From: Mesotaenium endlicherianum
Lineage: Eukaryota
Direction of reading: 5' to 3'
Assembly: GCA_009602735.1 (NCBI GenBank)
Contig: WELA01003502.1
Location: 1 to 48,880, forward strand
DNA length: 48,880 nt
A model generated the notes under the pieces. That model made no database searches. It was not told the DNA's origin and saw only the letters and a list, made by a program, of their open reading frames with translations. A program made the position numbers and the translations under genes. This document shows positions 45,251 through 48,880 of this stretch, piece after piece (within the stretch, counting starts at the first letter, position 1; each line of letters starts with the position of its first letter).

Positions 45251-47251
45251 ATGGCACATAAACACGATGAAACAAAAATTGCAGAGCAGGAAGCCTGCTG
45301 TGACCTGGATGAAAAACTCAACGAAGCAAAAGTGGTTTCACAGCATAATAAAGAGGATGGTCATGACCACGGAGAGGAAGAAGGCCGCGCCATCAGACCC
45401 TGGTTACCCGCTATTGTAAGTTTTGCTTTATTAATAGCAGGTATTGCATTGGACAATTGGATTAAACCAACTCCTTCCTGGTTTACTGGCTGGCTTCGTC
45501 TTATTTGGTATATCGCAGCATATATCCCGGTGGGATTGCCAGTAGTAATAAAAGGAATAAAGACGGCCATTAAGGGAGATGTATTTACAGAATTTTTTTT
45601 AATGAGTGTTGCCACCATTGGTGCATTTTATATTGGCCAATATCCCGAAGGGGTTGCTGTTATGCTCTTTTATGCAGTTGGGGAATTATTTCAGGATGCT
45701 GCTGTAAACCGTGCCAAAAGAAGCATCAAGGCATTGCTGGATGTAAGACCAGATAGCGCCGATGTGCTAAGAAATGGTATCTACGTCAATCTTCCGCCTG
45801 AGAGTGTAAAAGTTGGAGAAATCATCCAGATAAAAGTTGGTGAAAGAGTTCCATTGGATGGAGAAATGCTAAGTGAAGGAAGTTCATTTAATACCTCTGC
45901 TTTAACCGGTGAAAGCAAACCTTCCACTTTTGTAAAAGGCGAAACAGTACTGGCTGGTATGATAAACCAGGAAAAAGTAGTGGAGTTGAAAGTAACAAAG
46001 CTATTTAATGATTCTTCTCTTGCAAGAATATTGACACTTGTACAAGACGCTACAACAAGAAAAGCGAAAACCGAACAATTCATCCGCAAGTTTGCAAGGA
46101 TATACACTCCGATTGTTGTGTTTCTTGCTATTGGTATCACACTTATCCCCTGGTTATTTGCAGAGAATTATGTGTTCAATACATGGTTATACAGAGCATT
46201 AATCTTCTTAGTAATCAGTTGCCCCTGTGCATTGGTAATTTCAATTCCTTTAGGTTATTTCGGTGGTATTGGCGCAGCCTCACGAAGCGGCATTTTATTC
46301 AAAGGCTCCAACTACCTGGATTTAATGACCAAAATAAACCAGGTAGTAATGGATAAAACAGGCACACTTACCAAAGCTGTTTTTAAAGTGCAGGAAGTGG
46401 AGAGCTATGACATACCCAAGGAGGAATGGCTGCCGCTTGCTGCCGCACTGGAAGCTAAATCAACCCATCCTGTTGCAAAAGCTGTTGTGGAGTATGCAAA
46501 TAATAACTTTAGTAAAATACAAGTAGATGCATTGGATGAAATCAGTGGTCATGGACTGAAAGGCGTAGTGAATGGAAAGGAAGTGCTGGCCGGTAATGTA
46601 AAGCTGATGGATATGATGAAAGTGTCGGTGAATGATGGACTAAGAAAAATTGTGGATACTATTGTTATAGTCGCTATTGATAGAAAACTGGCTGGCTATT
46701 TAACCATAGCCGATGAAATAAAAGAGGACAGTAAACAGGCTGTTGATACTTTGCATAAACTAAATGTAAAAACAACCATGCTTAGCGGGGATAAACAAGC
46801 GGTTGTAGATAAAGTAGCAAAGCATTTAGGCATTGACAAAGCCTATGGCGACCTCTTGCCCGAACAGAAGGTGAAACAAGTGGAATCTATCAAGGAGAAT
46901 AAATTAAGTGTAGTGGCTTTCGTAGGCGATGGTATTAATGATGCACCCGTACTTGCTTTGAGCGATGTGGGGATTGCAATGGGTGGCCTGGGCAGCGATG
47001 CCGCTATCGAAACAGCCGATGTGATTATACAAACCGACCATCCATCTAAAATTGCTACAGCAATACAAATTGGTAAAGCAACCACAAAAATTGTCTGGCA
47101 GAACATAGGACTGGCGTTTGCTGTAAAACTGATTGTATTGATATTAGGAGCCGGTGGGTTGGCCACCATGTGGGAAGCCGTTTTTGCTGATGTAGGAGTA
47201 GCGATGCTGGCAATATTGAATGCGGTAAGGATACAGCGAATGAGATTTTAA
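45251..47251 (+). CDS. cadA: Zn/Cd/Pb-translocating P1B ATPase (CadA/ZntA-like)
   Basis: Start at MAHKH; N-terminal CC and HDH; TGES, SCPCAL, DKTGT, STHP, GDGIND, ADVG. Confidence 0.9.
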   Translation: MAHKHDETKIAEQEACCDLDEKLNEAKVVSQHNKEDGHDHGEEEGRAIRPWLPAIVSFALLIAGIALDNWIKPTPSWFTGWLRLIWYIAAYIPVGLPVVIKGIKTAIKGDVFTEFFLMSVATIGAFYIGQYPEGVAVMLFYAVGELFQDAAVNRAKRSIKALLDVRPDSADVLRNGIYVNLPPESVKVGEIIQIKVGERVPLDGEMLSEGSSFNTSALTGESKPSTFVKGETVLAGMINQEKVVELKVTKLFNDSSLARILTLVQDATTRKAKTEQFIRKFARIYTPIVVFLAIGITLIPWLFAENYVFNTWLYRALIFLVISCPCALVISIPLGYFGGIGAASRSGILFKGSNYLDLMTKINQVVMDKTGTLTKAVFKVQEVESYDIPKEEWLPLAAALEAKSTHPVAKAVVEYANNNFSKIQVDALDEISGHGLKGVVNGKEVLAGNVKLMDMMKVSVNDGLRKIVDTIVIVAIDRKLAGYLTIADEIKEDSKQAVDTLHKLNVKTTMLSGDKQAVVDKVAKHLGIDKAYGDLLPEQKVKQVESIKENKLSVVAFVGDGINDAPVLALSDVGIAMGGLGSDAAIETADVIIQTDHPSKIATAIQIGKATTKIVWQNIGLAFAVKLIVLILGAGGLATMWEAVFADVGVAMLAILNAVRIQRMRF

Positions 47252-47306
47252 GATTCTTAAATATTTTTTAAACCAATTTTCTAACACGTTATTTAAAACA
47301 AATTGT

Positions 47307-47693
47307 ATGAACTATTATTTCACAAAAACCATTGACGGGAATTTTAATGACATCATTGAAAGAGTAACTGAATCATTAAAAGCCGAGGGATTTGGAGTGC
47401 TTACAGAAATTGATATAAAAGCAACCTTAAAAAAGAAACTTGATGCAGATTTTTATAATTATAAAATACTTGGTGCCTGCGACCCAACTTTTGCATACAA
47501 AGCACTCCAAACTGAAGACAAGATAGGTGCCATGTTACCCTGCAATGTAATTATTCAGGAAAAAGAAACTGGGAAAATAGAAGTTTCAGCAGTGGACCCT
47601 GTTGCTTCTATGCAGGCAATAGAAAACCCCGGTTTGAAAGATATTGCTGAAGAGGTAAGGGAGAAATTGAAACGGGTTATTGATTTGATTTAA
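47307..47693 (+). CDS. DUF302-domain protein
   Basis: EGFGVLTEID...YKILGAC.P...LPCNV...AVDP. Confidence 0.88.
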   Translation: MNYYFTKTIDGNFNDIIERVTESLKAEGFGVLTEIDIKATLKKKLDADFYNYKILGACDPTFAYKALQTEDKIGAMLPCNVIIQEKETGKIEVSAVDPVASMQAIENPGLKDIAEEVREKLKRVIDLI

Positions 47694-47708
47694 TAACATT
47701 TTATTACA

Positions 47709-47801
47709 ATGAAAAAGCTAAATGAACTAATGCAGAAAATACTCCTGCTAACGACTAAAATTGAAACTGACTACCCGGAATTATACCGCTATCATAATTA
47801 G
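47709..47801 (+). pseudogene. Probable truncated small hypothetical gene (MKKLNELMQKILLLTTKIETDYPELYRYHN*)
   Basis: Good start context; recalled resemblance to the N-half of small Bacteroidota ...YPEL..Y... proteins; ends 9 nt before a convergent gene. Confidence 0.4.
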
Positions 47802-47810
47802 TACATATTT

Positions 47811-48242
47811 TTAGGCATCGTTAGTCTTAATCATAATGGCGTTTCTTTCAAATTCTGAACTTAAAAGCTTTAGAGGGATTTTATCCGGGCAATACTTTGT
47901 TGTTTCTATTAAGTAAACTACGCTCAGGTTGGTAAGCGGTTTTAGCCATACCAAATATTCCCGAAGATGTTTCGCAATTTGCTTAACAGTTGTATTTGGC
48001 TTCTCTTTTATTACCAGTATCAGTATGCCATTCTTTTCATTGGTCAGGAATCTTCCTGCTTTCAGCATTGCCCCTAAATATCCCTTACGGCTTGTTCCTG
48101 TGTCACATTCCATAATGATATAATCATTGTCCTTCTGTAAAACAGTATCAGGTTTATACCCCTTGGCAAGTTGCTTTCCTGAATTGACAACCGAATAGCC
48201 ATTGGCACTGTGCAAGAGATTCTTAAATACTTTGTCTTTCAT
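47811..48242 (-). CDS. Hypothetical protein, possible PD-(D/E)xK-like nuclease fold
   Basis: Start placed at MKDK; YKPD...IIMECD...SRK. Confidence 0.5.
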   Translation of the reverse strand: MKDKVFKNLLHSANGYSVVNSGKQLAKGYKPDTVLQKDNDYIIMECDTGTSRKGYLGAMLKAGRFLTNEKNGILILVIKEKPNTTVKQIAKHLREYLVWLKPLTNLSVVYLIETTKYCPDKIPLKLLSSEFERNAIMIKTNDA

Positions 48243-48292
48243 CGCTTTGATAAAAATTGATTTTAAGTATTGTAAAAAGCAAATTCTAACCC

Positions 48293-48880
48293 CTATTTCA
48301 AATTTGTCAAAATGCAATTCAGAATCAGGTTCGCTCTTGCCTTAGCAAACTCTTCAAATTTATCCTCCTTCCACAACGATTCATCAGCAGGAATTAAATG
48401 ACGCTTTACAAAAGCAGCTTTATCGGCTACATGATTATTAATCCAATCCCTGAACGGGCTTCCATTTTTTAATCCCCGGTTAGTGCTGAAATCTATTAAT
48501 TGAAAATTTCTGATACTATTGATTTTTGCTGATTCAACCTCCAAAGACTCTAATATTGATTTGGGCATGATGTGGTCAATATCATTTATCCTTATAGTCT
48601 GTCCTCTGTCGTACATAAGATAATAAACAAATGAACTTTCTAAGTCATCGAGGTTATCAATAGTGTATGTTCTGGTAAATGTTATTGGATGGTCAGTATA
48701 AACCTGGAACAATTCATCGGTCGGAAAATCTTTGCTCTTGAAATGCTGTATCTTATCCAATAATTTACGGATGCCCGTTTTGTAGGGTATCCAGCCAGCT
48801 CCTTTGCTTTTGAATACTCCATTAATCAAAGAATGATATATCCATTTCTCCGTTCTTGGGTGTTCTGTATTCTTAGCATC
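48293..48880 (-). CDS. C-terminal HNH domain of a GmrSD/DUF262-DUF1524-like endonuclease (partial; start outside the window)
   Basis: DIDHIMPKS...NSIRNFQLI...N...KN...HLIP...F...R; frame is open to the window edge. Confidence 0.75.
   Translation of the reverse strand, partial: DAKNTEHPRTEKWIYHSLINGVFKSKGAGWIPYKTGIRKLLDKIQHFKSKDFPTDELFQVYTDHPITFTRTYTIDNLDDLESSFVYYLMYDRGQTIRINDIDHIMPKSILESLEVESAKINSIRNFQLIDFSTNRGLKNGSPFRDWINNHVADKAAFVKRHLIPADESLWKEDKFEEFAKARANLILNCILTNLK

Noticed and set aside
868..47169. Numerous minus-strand and short overlapping ORFs in the track (e.g. 1418-1828, 24630-25151, 31079-31621, 40973-41632)
   Set aside because: They are antisense or out-of-frame shadows of well-supported genes and carry no motifs; 31079-31621 simply mirrors the Met-rich repeat
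1..48880. Transposase, integrase, tRNA or rRNA genes
   Set aside because: None recognisable; island mobility is inferred only from gene content and junction-like features

Overview
AT-rich Bacteroidota DNA, probably Chitinophagaceae-like. The assignment rests on TAnnTTTG -7 promoter boxes, A-rich start contexts without Shine-Dalgarno sequences, and lineage-typical gene families. Almost the whole window is a heavy-metal homeostasis/resistance island on the + strand. It has three RND efflux operons with three permease architectures: a split Cu/Ag-type CusA, a stand-alone CzcA-type permease, and a CzcA-TolC fusion. It also has two multicopper oxidases, a CPH-type Cu ATPase, a CPC-type Zn/Cd ATPase, an ArsR-merTP-GDCCVxC module without merA, a minus-strand TonB-dependent receptor and many His/Met/Cys-rich accessory proteins. 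At the right end it abuts minus-strand nuclease-like (defence-type) genes. Only one transcription factor (ArsR) is visible in 48 kb. Two signals stand out. (1) Each RND operon begins with a small exported Cys/His-rich ORF with a Pro-containing C-terminus, followed by a structured spacer; in one case a long stem runs from the leader stop codon to 5 nt before the next ATG. This is a candidate metal-sensing leader-peptide (ribosome-arrest) control system. (2) A ~77-nt non-coding element occurs twice (28776, 44017) with compensatory base changes, i.e. a candidate conserved structured RNA. All family calls come from motif recognition by eye; no searches or folding programs were run.
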